Virus record (IMG/VR): IMGVR_UViG_3300011420_000010
Location: 1 to 51,578 of that record
Origin: a virus
Taxonomy: Duplodnaviria > Caudoviricetes
Direction: 5' to 3' (one strand)
Length of the DNA stretch: 51,578 nt
Shown here piece by piece: positions 15,809 through 25,899 of the stretch (the stretch's first letter is position 1; every line of letters starts with the position of its first letter). The notes below the pieces were generated by a model. The model was not told the origin of the DNA. It searched no databases and saw only the letters and a list, made by a program, of their open reading frames with translations. Both the position numbers and the translations under genes were made by a program.

Positions 15809-18355
15809 TTAGCCTACGATTGAGCCGCCCGCACCGAGTGCGTCGACCAGTTCTTTCTTCTGCCGCTCGGCATCCTGGATCTGCTGCTTCTGTTGATCAG
15901 CGATGTTGCCGAGCTTCGCGACGGTCTGCTTGCCGGTGTCGTCCTCGTCGTCGAACTGCGCCATGATGTTCTTCTTCCACAGTCCTTCGAGGTCTTCGAA
16001 CTCGGCCTTGACTTTGACCTTCGCTTTCGACTCTGCGTTCTTCATCATCTCGTTGAGGTCGACGCCGAGATCCGTCTTCGTCTGTTCGCCGATCTTCTTC
16101 GTCGCACCGCCCATCCGCTCTTCCCACTGGCGAGCGTTCTCTTCCCACTTGTCGTTGAAGTCGGTGCCCTTGAACTCCTTCCACGCCGGGCCGTCCGGCA
16201 TCTTGACGTTCTTCCCCAGGTTAACCGGCTTGAATCCTTCGAAGGCCTTGCCCGAAGCGATGTCTTTGAACGAGGAGGTGAACAGTGTCTTGATTGCACT
16301 GCCGAAGTTCTTCAGGACCTGGACCGCTCCCTGGATAGATTGAGCCACGAACCGCGGGAAGTTCTCGAACGGAAACTTGATGGCGGTCCAGACGTTCGTC
16401 GCGAACCATTTCGTCCGCTCGAAGACGGTCGTCAACGCTTGCTCGCCCGCCAGCTTGAAGGTCGCCCAGGTCAGGTCGACGTTCATAACCGCGGCGACGA
16501 AGGCCTCGATCCAGCCGATGCCGGTCTGCGTCCACTGCGCGAGTGTCTGTCCCCAGGATGCGATCGACGACTCGTGGCTCTTCGCCCAGTTGATGGCGTC
16601 CTTGGTCTTGCCGACGATCAACGTCATCGCCGGGATCAGAGCGTTGCCGATGATCACGCCGAGATCCTTGATGCCACCCCACAGCGACTTGACCTGATTG
16701 CTGAAGGAGCCGCTCGTCTTGGTCGCGTCGCCCTGCGCGTCCTTCGTCCCCTTCATGATGAGAGCCAGGCGGGCGAGGACCTTCTGCTGTTCGGTCGCCG
16801 CTTCCGTGCCGCCCTTGACGCCCATCGCCATGAGCTGCTGCTTGAGTGTGGCTTCCGTGATGACGACACCGTAGCGTCGCATCGTCTCATGGTTGCCGAC
16901 GACTGCCGACTGCAACGCTTCCATCGCGTCGCTGTCGGAAGTGTTGTAGAAGCTGCCCATGTCGACGGCCAGCTGCGTCATTTGCTGCGACAGCTGCGAC
17001 GCTTGATCGCGTGCGAATCCGAACGGGACGAAGACCGTTTGAATGTCCGCGGCCATGCTCTTGATGTCGACGCGGGAGCGGCCGACTTGGTCGGCGAATG
17101 CTTCGAGGTTCGCCTTCGCACCCTTCGCTGAACTGCCGAATGCGGTGTCGAACTTGTTCTCCATCTCCGTCGCGTCGGCAGCGAGTTTGATCGAAGCAAC
17201 GCCCGCAGCGAGGAGGCCGGCGACTGCCCACTTCGTCGTGTTCGCGATCGTCGACATCGCACCGCCGACGCCGCTCGCTGCAGAGAGAGCCAGGCCCGGC
17301 AAGCCGCCGAGCGCACCCATCGCGACCTTGCTGAGGCCACCGAGTGCGGCACCGGCGATGCCCGCACCCTTCGAGACGAGGCCACCCAGCATCCCCATTG
17401 CACCGCCCGCTCCGCTCGCTCCGGCCTTGAGGCCGTTGAACAGCCCGCTGCCCAGCCGCGACTTGCCGGCTGCGCCCGCAATCCTGGAGAAGATGCCGGG
17501 CAGCTGCTTCAACGCGGCCGGTGCCTTGACGGTCAGCAGCGTCTTCGCGAACAGTCCTACTTCGCGGGTCGCCTTGCCGAGGTTCCTCGCGTTGATCTCG
17601 ACGTTGACCGGCTTGAACTTCGGAAGCGTCGGCATCTTGATCTTCGACAGCTTGATCGGAGTGTTTCCGATCTGTCGAAGGCGGAGACCGAGCCTGCGTG
17701 CGGCGTCGCCCGTCCGACCCATCATCGCTTGCGCCGCACCGAGCGGCCCGAGGTTCAGGACGGGTGCTGCAATCGGACTCATGCGGAGCTTTGCGGAGAG
17801 CTTCTTCTTCGCAAGCCGCATCAACGCTTCGATCTTCCGGTCAACGTCCTTCGTTCCGGACAGACCGAGAGAGAGCTTCTTCGCCGCGGTTTCGACCTTT
17901 GTTGAGATCTTGACGGGCCGCGGCGGCTTGATTCGACGGAGCAAGGCGTCCGCCCGCCCGGCTTCCTTGCCGAGCAGGCGGAGACCTGCAGTAAGTGCTG
18001 CGGCCGGTGCCGCTTTGATACCAGCGAACGGACTGCTGACGCGGGCCGCTCCCGCTTTCCGGACGTTCTGCGTCCAGGAGCGGAGGCCGGCTTGCGCCTT
18101 GAGCAGCGGAGCTGTCGAGATACCCGCGAGTGGGTTTCGTAACCGCTGGTTACCGGCCCGGCCGACTTGCCGGACCCACTCACGGGCGCTCGATGAGGCT
18201 CTGCGAAAACCAGCGGTCGTCTTGTCGGCGAACTCGTCGATCGCCGAGTCAACGTCCTTGACTTGGCTGAGACCAGCGGAGATCGTCTTCGTGAATCCGG
18301 CGTCTGCCGCCTTCATCATGAAGAGAAGATTGCCGAGATCGAATCCTTCAGCCAT
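15809..18355 (-). CDS. Tail tape measure protein
   Basis: 848 aa, Ala/Gly-rich and helical, with the TMP core LAVDMGSFYN...ALQSAVVGNHETMRRYGV. Follows the chaperone pair. Confidence 0.92.
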   Translation of the reverse strand: MAEGFDLGNLLFMMKAADAGFTKTISAGLSQVKDVDSAIDEFADKTTAGFRRASSSAREWVRQVGRAGNQRLRNPLAGISTAPLLKAQAGLRSWTQNVRKAGAARVSSPFAGIKAAPAAALTAGLRLLGKEAGRADALLRRIKPPRPVKISTKVETAAKKLSLGLSGTKDVDRKIEALMRLAKKKLSAKLRMSPIAAPVLNLGPLGAAQAMMGRTGDAARRLGLRLRQIGNTPIKLSKIKMPTLPKFKPVNVEINARNLGKATREVGLFAKTLLTVKAPAALKQLPGIFSRIAGAAGKSRLGSGLFNGLKAGASGAGGAMGMLGGLVSKGAGIAGAALGGLSKVAMGALGGLPGLALSAASGVGGAMSTIANTTKWAVAGLLAAGVASIKLAADATEMENKFDTAFGSSAKGAKANLEAFADQVGRSRVDIKSMAADIQTVFVPFGFARDQASQLSQQMTQLAVDMGSFYNTSDSDAMEALQSAVVGNHETMRRYGVVITEATLKQQLMAMGVKGGTEAATEQQKVLARLALIMKGTKDAQGDATKTSGSFSNQVKSLWGGIKDLGVIIGNALIPAMTLIVGKTKDAINWAKSHESSIASWGQTLAQWTQTGIGWIEAFVAAVMNVDLTWATFKLAGEQALTTVFERTKWFATNVWTAIKFPFENFPRFVAQSIQGAVQVLKNFGSAIKTLFTSSFKDIASGKAFEGFKPVNLGKNVKMPDGPAWKEFKGTDFNDKWEENARQWEERMGGATKKIGEQTKTDLGVDLNEMMKNAESKAKVKVKAEFEDLEGLWKKNIMAQFDDEDDTGKQTVAKLGNIADQQKQQIQDAERQKKELVDALGAGGSIVG

Positions 18356-18653
18356 GATTCTCCTTCGCTTTCGCTTCTTCCGCCTTGCGACGGGCGTTCT
18401 CTTGCAGTGCCTTTAGTCCAGCCTCGTTGACGAAGACCGTCCCGCCCGTTCCGACTCGCATCGTCGGACCTTCGCGAGGCTTCACGTCCTTGCGAAGGTA
18501 CAACTCAATCTGCGGCCAGCTTAGTCGGATGACGTCCCACGGTTTCCAGTCGTACCGCTGCGCGAAGGCCCAGAAGATGAACTCCCAGTCGACGCTCGGG
18601 AAGAGGAGCGTCGTTTCCTTGGTTTCTTCTCCGCTGGGCCCTTCACGTTTGGG
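18348..18653 (-). CDS. Tail assembly chaperone gpT-like segment, reached by -1 frameshift
   Basis: The -1 frame encodes FAQRYDWKPWDVIRLSWPQI, a gpT-like pattern, and has no convincing start of its own. Confidence 0.75.
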   Translation of the reverse strand, partial: PKREGPSGEETKETTLLFPSVDWEFIFWAFAQRYDWKPWDVIRLSWPQIELYLRKDVKPREGPTMRVGTGGTVFVNEAGLKALQENARRKAEEAKAKENHG

Positions 18654-19072
18654 AAGCCACTGACCTCTCCCATCTTCTCGACGAGCGCTTTCGCTTCTTC
18701 CTCTGTCATCTGCTTGAGCACCAGCTCGCACCACTCCTTCGTGGTCTCGGGCCGCTGCGGCTTCAGCTGTTGCCAGAGGTAGAACGCGATCCCATCGAGT
18801 GAGGTCGACCACTCTTCGAGCTGCGCCTCCGCCGCTTCCTTCTTCAGCAGGATCGCATCGCGAACGAGGCGGGCCTGCAGATCCTGGGGTAGACCTTCCA
18901 GCTCCTGCTTGACCGCAGCCACCGGATCTTCCAGGAGCAACCCCTTCAGATACTCGATGGCCGCGGCCTTCGTAGCTGGCAGGATCGGGCTAAGATGCAG
19001 CATCCGCCCGTTGATGCGGTGGTAGCCGCCGATACCGGCGACGGTCGCATAATCTTTCGACACTTCCTCCAT
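18521..19072 (-). CDS. Tail assembly chaperone (gpG-like)
   Basis: Lies between the tail tube and TMP genes and contains a slippery site. Confidence 0.75.
   Translation of the reverse strand: MEEVSKDYATVAGIGGYHRINGRMLHLSPILPATKAAAIEYLKGLLLEDPVAAVKQELEGLPQDLQARLVRDAILLKKEAAEAQLEEWSTSLDGIAFYLWQQLKPQRPETTKEWCELVLKQMTEEEAKALVEKMGEVSGFPNVKGPAEKKPRKRRSSSRASTGSSSSGPSRSGTTGNRGTSSD
18647..18653 (-). other. Programmed -1 frameshift slippery heptamer C CCA AAC
   Basis: XXXYYYZ heptamer in the correct phase to join the gpG frame to the gpT frame. Confidence 0.75.
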
Positions 19073-19100
19073 GTGATCCTCCGTGAGACGCTAGTAAAGA

Positions 19101-19502
19101 CTAGAAGTACGACCATTCGCCATCGCTGAGGAAGGCGAAGGAGTACGACTGCACAGCACCCGTCGAGGGGTCCGCCTCGAAGCCGAGGTTGTTAACGTAC
19201 GCCGACGGGATGTCGATGCCGGTGTTGCCGGCTTCGTCGAAGAAGAGCTTGAGCGGGTACTTGTTGCCGCCCGCGGCGACAACTTCGATCTTCCCACCGT
19301 CGGTGCGGCGCTTGCCTTCGACCTGCCCCTTGAGCTGGCCGTTGCCGCCTTCGACTTTCTTCTTCCCATTGGTGTGCGACGTCGCGTAGGACTCCTCGTC
19401 CCACTCTTCGTTCGCACTCCACTTGCCGAACTCCGTGTCTGCACTGTCGACATGGAGAGCAGCCTTCTTGCCCGAGAGAACCGGGCCAGCTGTCTTTGCC
19501 AT
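19101..19502 (-). CDS. Major tail tube protein
   Basis: 133 aa and beta-rich (LSGK...YSFAFLSDGEW), in the canonical position. Confidence 0.75.
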   Translation of the reverse strand: MAKTAGPVLSGKKAALHVDSADTEFGKWSANEEWDEESYATSHTNGKKKVEGGNGQLKGQVEGKRRTDGGKIEVVAAGGNKYPLKLFFDEAGNTGIDIPSAYVNNLGFEADPSTGAVQSYSFAFLSDGEWSYF

Positions 19503-19512
19503 TTGGCTCCTC

Positions 19513-19932
19513 CTACTTGTTGGTCAACACGCTCCACTCGTCGAACGCACGACAGATGCGCCCGGTTTCTACCTTTCGATTGCCGCTCCGCTTGTTCATG
19601 CTGATCAGCCGACCTTCGTCGTGGATCAGTTTGCCTTCGCGGTTCGCGGCTCGGATCATGCGGCGGAACTCAGCTCGTGCGCGACGAGCGTCGTACGCCT
19701 TCTCAAAGAAGAAATGCACCTCGAAGATCTCTTCGTCAAACTCTCCGTGACTCGAACCTTCGACTTCGTCTTCGATGACGAGGTCCATCAACGCGAATGG
19801 CAAGTTGAGGTCCTCGTCCGAACCCTCAAGCTTGTCTTCGACGCGGCCGGACTCGAAGCGGGCCACGTCGAGTGCAGCCATCATCGCGGCGTCGTCCTTC
19901 CAGATCGCGCAGATGGATTCGAAGATTGTCAT
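19513..19932 (-). CDS. Tail terminator/completion protein
   Basis: Lies between the HK97 gp10-like and tube genes; LPFA motif. Confidence 0.6.
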   Translation of the reverse strand: MTIFESICAIWKDDAAMMAALDVARFESGRVEDKLEGSDEDLNLPFALMDLVIEDEVEGSSHGEFDEEIFEVHFFFEKAYDARRARAEFRRMIRAANREGKLIHDEGRLISMNKRSGNRKVETGRICRAFDEWSVLTNK

Positions 19933-20327
19933 GTGCTGTACTTTCTGAAGCCGCGACGTCCAGCCGCGGCGACCTGTTGCTTGATGATCTTTCGTCGAGC
20001 CAACACCATCGGCCGAACGAACGGCCTCGCTCCCATGAACCGCGTTCCCTTCTCCAGGAACTTCCAGTACGGTGCCTTGGGATCGATGATGACGTAGGCC
20101 TTCAGTGTCTGTCGATTGACCTTGTGTCGGACCGCTCGGTACAGGTTGCCACTGCGCCGGTGCGGCGGCTCGCCTTCATCGGACGCGGGCGGATACGGAG
20201 TCGAGATGGAACGACGGATGTGCCAGGCCAACGACCGGACAGCCTGCTCCATGCCGTCGGCGATGACCGTCCGCACCACCCAGGGTGCCCGGCCTCCGTT
20301 CCAGCTGAACTGCGACGCCCTTGCCAC
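19929..20327 (-). CDS. HK97 gp10-family neck protein
   Basis: PASDEGEPPHRRSGNL...YWKFLEKGTRFMGARPFVRP. Confidence 0.85.
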   Translation of the reverse strand: MARASQFSWNGGRAPWVVRTVIADGMEQAVRSLAWHIRRSISTPYPPASDEGEPPHRRSGNLYRAVRHKVNRQTLKAYVIIDPKAPYWKFLEKGTRFMGARPFVRPMVLARRKIIKQQVAAAGRRGFRKYST

Positions 20328-20393
20328 GTTCGACGCTCCTTTACTGAGATCAACGCTACCAGGCCCGGCCCGAGCCGGGTCGCCACCGGGCCT

Positions 20394-21065
20394 CTAGGAC
20401 TCGGCGGGCGTCCTAGCACGCTCCGCTTCGAGGACCACCAGCCCCCCAACCGTCGTCCGGCCCGTCAAGCGGCGGATCAGCAGCCGCTCGCCGGACGCGC
20501 GGCGGACCCGCATCCCGGCGTTGACTTCCGCGGACAGACCTTCGACGAAGATCTGTGTCGTGATCTTGACGCGGCGACGGTCGACTTCGACGATAGTCTC
20601 CGACTGCATCTCTTGGATCCTCGCGACGACGTCGACCTGCAGATCGGTCCACGTCGCGGTCTTCATTCCGTCCTTGTCTTTCGTGTATGTCGGCTTCTCG
20701 ATGACGATGAACTCCGACGCTTCCGGCGCACCCTCTTCCGGTGGCGGAAGTACCGCTACCTGTTTGCACCACAATCGGAGTCGTGTCCGAGCCGCGGCCC
20801 GGTCAACGCCATTGACAGTCCATGTCTCCAACCGGTCGTCTGTCTTCACGAGCGAGCCAACTCCTGGAGGAGAGTCCAGCCGCTTCGACGCGATGTTGAA
20901 GATCGTGTCAGCGGTTGTGTACGCTCCTCCAGAAGCGGCTGCTTCGCGAACAGAAATCTGATGTCGCGATGCCGGGACTTCGACTTCGACTGCGGTTCCC
21001 ACGAATGTGAGGAACACGTCTTCGACTCCGTCGACGTCGTCCAGGTCGTCCTCGATGTCTCGCAT
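20394..21065 (-). CDS. Head closure/adaptor protein, apparently two tandem FII/SPP1 gp16-like domains
   Basis: Two ~105-aa beta halves; the second has IVIEKPTYTKDKDG...TW and AGMRV. Confidence 0.65.
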   Translation of the reverse strand: MRDIEDDLDDVDGVEDVFLTFVGTAVEVEVPASRHQISVREAAASGGAYTTADTIFNIASKRLDSPPGVGSLVKTDDRLETWTVNGVDRAAARTRLRLWCKQVAVLPPPEEGAPEASEFIVIEKPTYTKDKDGMKTATWTDLQVDVVARIQEMQSETIVEVDRRRVKITTQIFVEGLSAEVNAGMRVRRASGERLLIRRLTGRTTVGGLVVLEAERARTPAES

Positions 21066-21072
21066 GGCTTCC

Positions 21073-21294
21073 TCAGTTGACTGCGGTGGTGTGCTCTTCG
21101 ACGATGTCGTCGTCGTCTTCTTCGTCGATCATCATCTTGAGCTCGCGGATCTTCGCGACGAGGTACTCCTGATAGCCAAGCCAGTCAAAGCTCTGACCGT
21201 CGAGGGAGTACCTCGTCTTCTTCCGCTTCGAACACTCTTCAAGCAGAGCCGCGTAGTTTTCACGTGCGGCGATCAGGTTTGCTTTGACGGACAT
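21073..21294 (-). CDS. gpW-like head-tail joining protein
   Basis: Helix, then YSLDGQSF hairpin, then helix. Confidence 0.6.
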   Translation of the reverse strand: MSVKANLIAARENYAALLEECSKRKKTRYSLDGQSFDWLGYQEYLVAKIRELKMMIDEEDDDDIVEEHTTAVN

Positions 21295-21297
21295 TCG

Positions 21298-21663
21298 CTA
21301 CTCCTCGTCGTCGACGTCGATCTCTTCCTCTTCCAGATCCCAGTCCTCGTCATCGAGGTCGGGCTTCTTCGCCTGCGCCTTCGCAGGCATCGGGAAGTGG
21401 CGGACGATACCGTTGTCGTCCGTTTCGCAATCCTTGCCGGGCCGCTTGAAGATCGGCTGGTGCTCCGTGGAGATGATCCCGCAGAGCTCCTTGAACTTCG
21501 CCCAGGCCTCAGCCGTACTCCTGGCGTGAACCACCGCGGCTGGGCCATGCGGCAGCTCGACGAGGACGGGTCGTTCGCGGTCGCCCATGAAGCGAAGCTT
21601 CTTTCGCTTGCGTGCGACGAGTCCGCTCGACTCCGGCTTCGTCTCTTTCTTCTTCTTTCCCAT
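21298..21663 (-). CDS. Hypothetical protein after the capsid gene
   Basis: SD GGAGGAAGG; basic N-terminus and acidic C-terminus. Confidence 0.6.
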   Translation of the reverse strand: MGKKKKETKPESSGLVARKRKKLRFMGDRERPVLVELPHGPAAVVHARSTAEAWAKFKELCGIISTEHQPIFKRPGKDCETDDNGIVRHFPMPAKAQAKKPDLDDEDWDLEEEEIDVDDEE

Positions 21664-21729
21664 ACTCGTCCTTCCTCCGTGAGAAAACGGAACGAGGCCC
21701 GGCTGCCCACCGGGCCGTGGTTCCTAAGG

Positions 21730-22920
21730 CTACGCGTTGTAGATGTAGGCAGCGTACCGCGGGTTCAGGACGACGAACGAGCCACGCTCGCTCGCCTTCC
21801 AACGCAGTACGATGTCCTGCTCGAATTCCGGCGTGCTGTTCGGCGGAGCCTGGACGACCGTGATCGGCCAGTTGTACTGCCAAGCGAACGCCTTCTTGAA
21901 GTCGCCGATGAGCCAAGTGAGCTTGGCGTTAGCCGCCGAGACTCCGCTAGCGATCAGGCGACGGTACGCGAACGAGCTGCTCAGGAGCTGGTAAGGATCG
22001 ACGCTGTTCGCGCCGTACCGCTCCTGGTTCGCCGAGTCCGTCTTCTGCACGAGGGTCGTGGCCCGCGTGATCTGGCGCCACAGGTGACGCTTGGCGGGCA
22101 TGTGCAGAATCTGCTTCGGCGTGATGACGATCGGTTCGCCGGTGTTCGGTTCGAGCATGTCAGCGAAGAGCTGCTCGGCCGCGTCCACCTGCTGCCAATC
22201 GGCGATGGTCACGCCGCTCAGCTTGTTGATCCACGGCGTCGCGGTCTGGTACGTGTTGTACGACGTACCACGCCACTTGTAGGTATTGGTGATACCCAAG
22301 ACGCCGTCGAGCACCATCTTCTCCTTCTTCCGACTCAGCACCTCGCCAACCTGGCCCGCCCTTGCGGCGACCTGACTGGTCCGGTCGAAGAAGATGGTCT
22401 CCTTGTTGACCGAGATGATGAAGCCACGCTTCGTGGTCTTCGGAGTCTCGATCCAATCCTCACCGAATCCGACCTCGGGATACTTCATCCCTTCGGCCAC
22501 CTCTTCGACGGCCTCCGTGATCCCGGTGATGCCGGGGATCTTCTCGCCGTTGGTGTTGGTCTGGTACTCGGTCACGAGCTGGGAGGCGATGAACTCCTCC
22601 TGCTGGTACCCTTCCATCACCGCACGGTAGATCAGGTTGCCCGTGATGTTGTTGAAGCCGGACAGGCTGACGCCCGTTGCGGCTTCCATCAAGAGGAACC
22701 CACCACGCTTGGTCGGGCCGAGTTGCTCGACCCACTCCTGGCCGACCGGCTGCTTATCGCCCTTGCCAACGATGAGGCATTCCGCGAGGTCGCGGATGCT
22801 CACGTCGCCAATGTTGATGTGCTTGTCGGCGATGGCCTCCGACAGGTGGCGGACCACCTTCCGGACACCCTGCCGCTCGACGCGGCGCTTCAGCTCACGC
22901 TTGTTGATCAGACGTCCCAT
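21730..22920 (-). CDS. Major capsid protein (HK97 fold, Mu gpT-like)
   Basis: EVAEGMKYPE, KRGFIISVNKETIFFD, WLIGDF and LNPRY; 396 aa in the canonical position. Confidence 0.88.
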   Translation of the reverse strand: MGRLINKRELKRRVERQGVRKVVRHLSEAIADKHINIGDVSIRDLAECLIVGKGDKQPVGQEWVEQLGPTKRGGFLLMEAATGVSLSGFNNITGNLIYRAVMEGYQQEEFIASQLVTEYQTNTNGEKIPGITGITEAVEEVAEGMKYPEVGFGEDWIETPKTTKRGFIISVNKETIFFDRTSQVAARAGQVGEVLSRKKEKMVLDGVLGITNTYKWRGTSYNTYQTATPWINKLSGVTIADWQQVDAAEQLFADMLEPNTGEPIVITPKQILHMPAKRHLWRQITRATTLVQKTDSANQERYGANSVDPYQLLSSSFAYRRLIASGVSAANAKLTWLIGDFKKAFAWQYNWPITVVQAPPNSTPEFEQDIVLRWKASERGSFVVLNPRYAAYIYNA

Positions 22921-22981
22921 TGAGGATTACCTCCAAGAAAAAACGAAAGAACTGCCCCAGGCGGATTACACACCGCCTACA

Positions 22982-23461
22982 CTAGGCCGTCGGTCCCTTC
23001 ATCAGACGCGAGAAGACCTCGACCTCCACTTCGGTCACAGCACTGCCGTAGCGCTTGGCGATACGGCCGATGGCCAGAGCCTCCGTGGCGACGGACGCCA
23101 CCTTCTGATTCTCCAGCAAGTTGCCCGACTGCTTCGCCGGGCCGACGAGCGCACCCAGTTCCCACGCCGCGGAGGCGCAGCTGAACTTGTGAACGCCCGA
23201 CGTGTTCGCACGAATCGGATCCACGTCGCCGGACCGCGAACGATCCAACGCGACACCCAGGAACCGGAGTGCGAAGGCGGTCTGCGTAGTCGCCAGGTCC
23301 GTATCCCAGGCCTGGTCGGCCGCGGAGTACGGGTCGCCCGGATCCGACGCAGCCTTCGTCGCAATCAAGTCACCACGTTCGATGACGGTCGCGGTCGGAA
23401 CCGCCTTCGTCTCGACCGGGTTCGGTTCTCCCCGTTGCCAGGGAGCAGCACGATCACTCAT
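22982..23461 (-). CDS. Head decoration/cement protein
   Basis: IERGDLI...FLGVA...AIG pattern; lies between the protease and MCP genes. Confidence 0.65.
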   Translation of the reverse strand: MSDRAAPWQRGEPNPVETKAVPTATVIERGDLIATKAASDPGDPYSAADQAWDTDLATTQTAFALRFLGVALDRSRSGDVDPIRANTSGVHKFSCASAAWELGALVGPAKQSGNLLENQKVASVATEALAIGRIAKRYGSAVTEVEVEVFSRLMKGPTA

Positions 23462-23536
23462 GTCAATCCTCCTAAGTATCTCAAGTAGGAATCTCAGCCC
23501 CATCGCCACTCTCCTGGAGGAGAATGCTGCGGCCGG

Positions 23537-24685
23537 TTAGTCGGTCAGGCCTTCCAACCAGGTCTTCGAGTCGCCATCGTCCTCGTCGTCCACGTCATGG
23601 GACGAACGACTGCGAGGCTTCACGCTCTTCTTCGACCCCTTCTTGGCGGGCCGCTCGAAGCGCTTGTCGCTCATCGACTCGATGAGCTCCTTGACTTCGT
23701 CCTTGGAGCCGAGACCCATCAGGGCCTTGAGCTCGGTGCGACGCGGCTTGAAGCCCACGCTCTCGCACAGGTCGAGAACGCGGCGCTCCTTCTTCATCGC
23801 CTTCAGTTCACTGGCAACGTCGGCCACGCTCTCCAAGAGGCGACCCTTCTTCTTCTTCGTGGCCACGCGGCCTCCTTTCTTCCGCGGTCGTTCGCCGCGG
23901 TCTTCAGGGACTTCCTTCTCCTTCTCGCCGGAAGGTTCGTCTCCATCGCCTTCGTCGCTGGAGACATCCTCTTCCATGTCGAGGAGCTTGTTAATCTTGT
24001 CCTTCCGCTGCTTGGCGTCCAGACTGTCGTCCATGAAGATGGCCATGACCATCTTCGCCATCGCCTCACGCGGCGTCGGCACGGACGAACCTTCCTCTTC
24101 TCCCTCCGCCGCGATGGCTTCCATCAAGCGGCGTTGGAAAATACGCTTGCGGTCCTCCCGCGAGGTGCGCCGCTTCTTTCGAGCTCGCAGCATGCTGCGT
24201 CCTCCTTTGTCTTCGAACAGACTGACGTTGGTCGCCGGATCTGCCACGAGATCCACAGAGCGCACCTTGTCGATGGACTCCACAATGACGTCGCCGTTCC
24301 GTTTCTTGGCGGAACCGCTGGCGTTGTGCGAGAGACCACAGTTCTTCGGCTCGTGTTCAACGTCGAACTCGAACTGCTTGCGCAGTCGGTGCCCACCGTT
24401 GTAGTGAAGGTCGCCGAAGAGACCTTTGCCTTCACGATACTCAACGTTCTTCAGACGACCGAACCGATCCTCGTACCGACGCGAAGTACCGAGACCCTTC
24501 GTCGGATGGTTGACGTTGACCTGTCGGCCTTCGTACAACGGGATCGCTTCGAGCATCGCCTCTTTGGCGTACTTGTGGCCGTGCGCGGATTCATGCCCGA
24601 GGATCTTGACACCACGGACACAGCAGTTTGCCTTGTCCAACCGCGGGCGACCCAAGCCACTCGACTCACGCAAACGAATCTTCAT
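23537..24685 (-). CDS. Prohead protease-scaffold fusion
   Basis: VNVNH, GLSH and SVDLVADPAT motifs, with a charged helical C-terminal half. Confidence 0.8.
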   Translation of the reverse strand: MKIRLRESSGLGRPRLDKANCCVRGVKILGHESAHGHKYAKEAMLEAIPLYEGRQVNVNHPTKGLGTSRRYEDRFGRLKNVEYREGKGLFGDLHYNGGHRLRKQFEFDVEHEPKNCGLSHNASGSAKKRNGDVIVESIDKVRSVDLVADPATNVSLFEDKGGRSMLRARKKRRTSREDRKRIFQRRLMEAIAAEGEEEGSSVPTPREAMAKMVMAIFMDDSLDAKQRKDKINKLLDMEEDVSSDEGDGDEPSGEKEKEVPEDRGERPRKKGGRVATKKKKGRLLESVADVASELKAMKKERRVLDLCESVGFKPRRTELKALMGLGSKDEVKELIESMSDKRFERPAKKGSKKSVKPRSRSSHDVDDEDDGDSKTWLEGLTD

Positions 24686-24687
24686 GT

Positions 24688-25899
24688 TCACCTCGATACT
24701 TTCTTGGCGGTGCGTCGCCGCTTCTGGAGAGTACGGTTGATCCGGGCACGCTTCCGCTCGATCTGCTTCCTCGTGGCGTCTTCGAGGTCATCAGTGTCTG
24801 CGAGACGGCCCGTCTTCGGATCGAGGAAGTCGGCCCAGGCGGGCCGTCCCCCCTTTTCCTTTACAGCATTCCACCTCGCTTTCCCCACCACCTTCCTCTT
24901 GACTTCCTCCGGCTGTCGCCGGAACCAGGCGGAGTAGGTACGTGTGTCAATCGCGGGTCCTCCGATGAGGTCTGCGTTGGAGAGGTCGTCAAGGACTGGC
25001 GCATAAGTGCATCGACAGTTTGGCTCGTCCGGGAGTACTGGTCGCGACGCTGCGTTAGGTCGACCTTTCTTCCAGAAGATCGTCCCATGGCGAGCCGCAT
25101 GATGCGCACGAGTAACCATGTCAAGAATAGCAACGATCTGGAAACCACGAATGACTTCACTGAACTGAGCATAGGTCCGCTCCGCCATGAGGTTGCTGAT
25201 ACGTGCCGCTTCTGTCCGAATGATCCGCCGCGCACTCGACGCGAGACTCTCGACGTGTGGTCGGATGCTCTTCGCGATCTGCTCTTGTGTCTTTCCTTTT
25301 GCGACTCCGTCTGCGATCTTCTGCGCGACGAGGTCGCGGTCGGAGATCTTCTTGCTCCACTTCTTCAGCCGCCGCTTGTATCCACCTTGGTTGATGATCG
25401 AGCGGACTTCCGCCGCGGTCGGCGGCTCCTTTGCTTTGGCGATCGTCTTCTTGCTCGGCAGCTGCTTGGCGAGCCGCGGCCGGGCGGGCGTCTTCAGTGC
25501 GCGGCGTTGCAGGAAGAGGTCGTTCGCTTCGTCGTCCTCCGCTTCGAACAGCACGATCTCCGGGTCGTCCGGGAAGGCGTGCTTCCAGTAGGCCTTCGGC
25601 AACCCGTCGACCCAGCACTGGTAGGCCGTCGCGTAGCTCGCCGTAGTGGACCGTTGCAGAGCCGAGCCGACCGCGGCCTCCAGGTCGCTGCCAAGGCGAC
25701 TGAGGATCGATTGCGCCCGCCGCTGGGCCGCGGCTGGAGTCCCGGTCGCCGCAGCCAGCAGCTGCCGCCAGGCCCGGACCACAACGTCGGTGACTCGAAC
25801 CAGCTCGTTGTCCGCCTGCAACGCCGCTTCGACGTTGCGGATGGCGAACAGAGCGGCGAGGACCGCCGATGCCTTCGCGGGTTTGACGAGAGCAACCAC
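24688..25899 (-). CDS. Head morphogenesis protein (SPP1 gp7/Mu F)
   Basis: ARRIIRTE, LDMVTRAHH and PNCRC motifs. Confidence 0.85.
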   Translation of the reverse strand: MVALVKPAKASAVLAALFAIRNVEAALQADNELVRVTDVVVRAWRQLLAAATGTPAAAQRRAQSILSRLGSDLEAAVGSALQRSTTASYATAYQCWVDGLPKAYWKHAFPDDPEIVLFEAEDDEANDLFLQRRALKTPARPRLAKQLPSKKTIAKAKEPPTAAEVRSIINQGGYKRRLKKWSKKISDRDLVAQKIADGVAKGKTQEQIAKSIRPHVESLASSARRIIRTEAARISNLMAERTYAQFSEVIRGFQIVAILDMVTRAHHAARHGTIFWKKGRPNAASRPVLPDEPNCRCTYAPVLDDLSNADLIGGPAIDTRTYSAWFRRQPEEVKRKVVGKARWNAVKEKGGRPAWADFLDPKTGRLADTDDLEDATRKQIERKRARINRTLQKRRRTAKKVSR

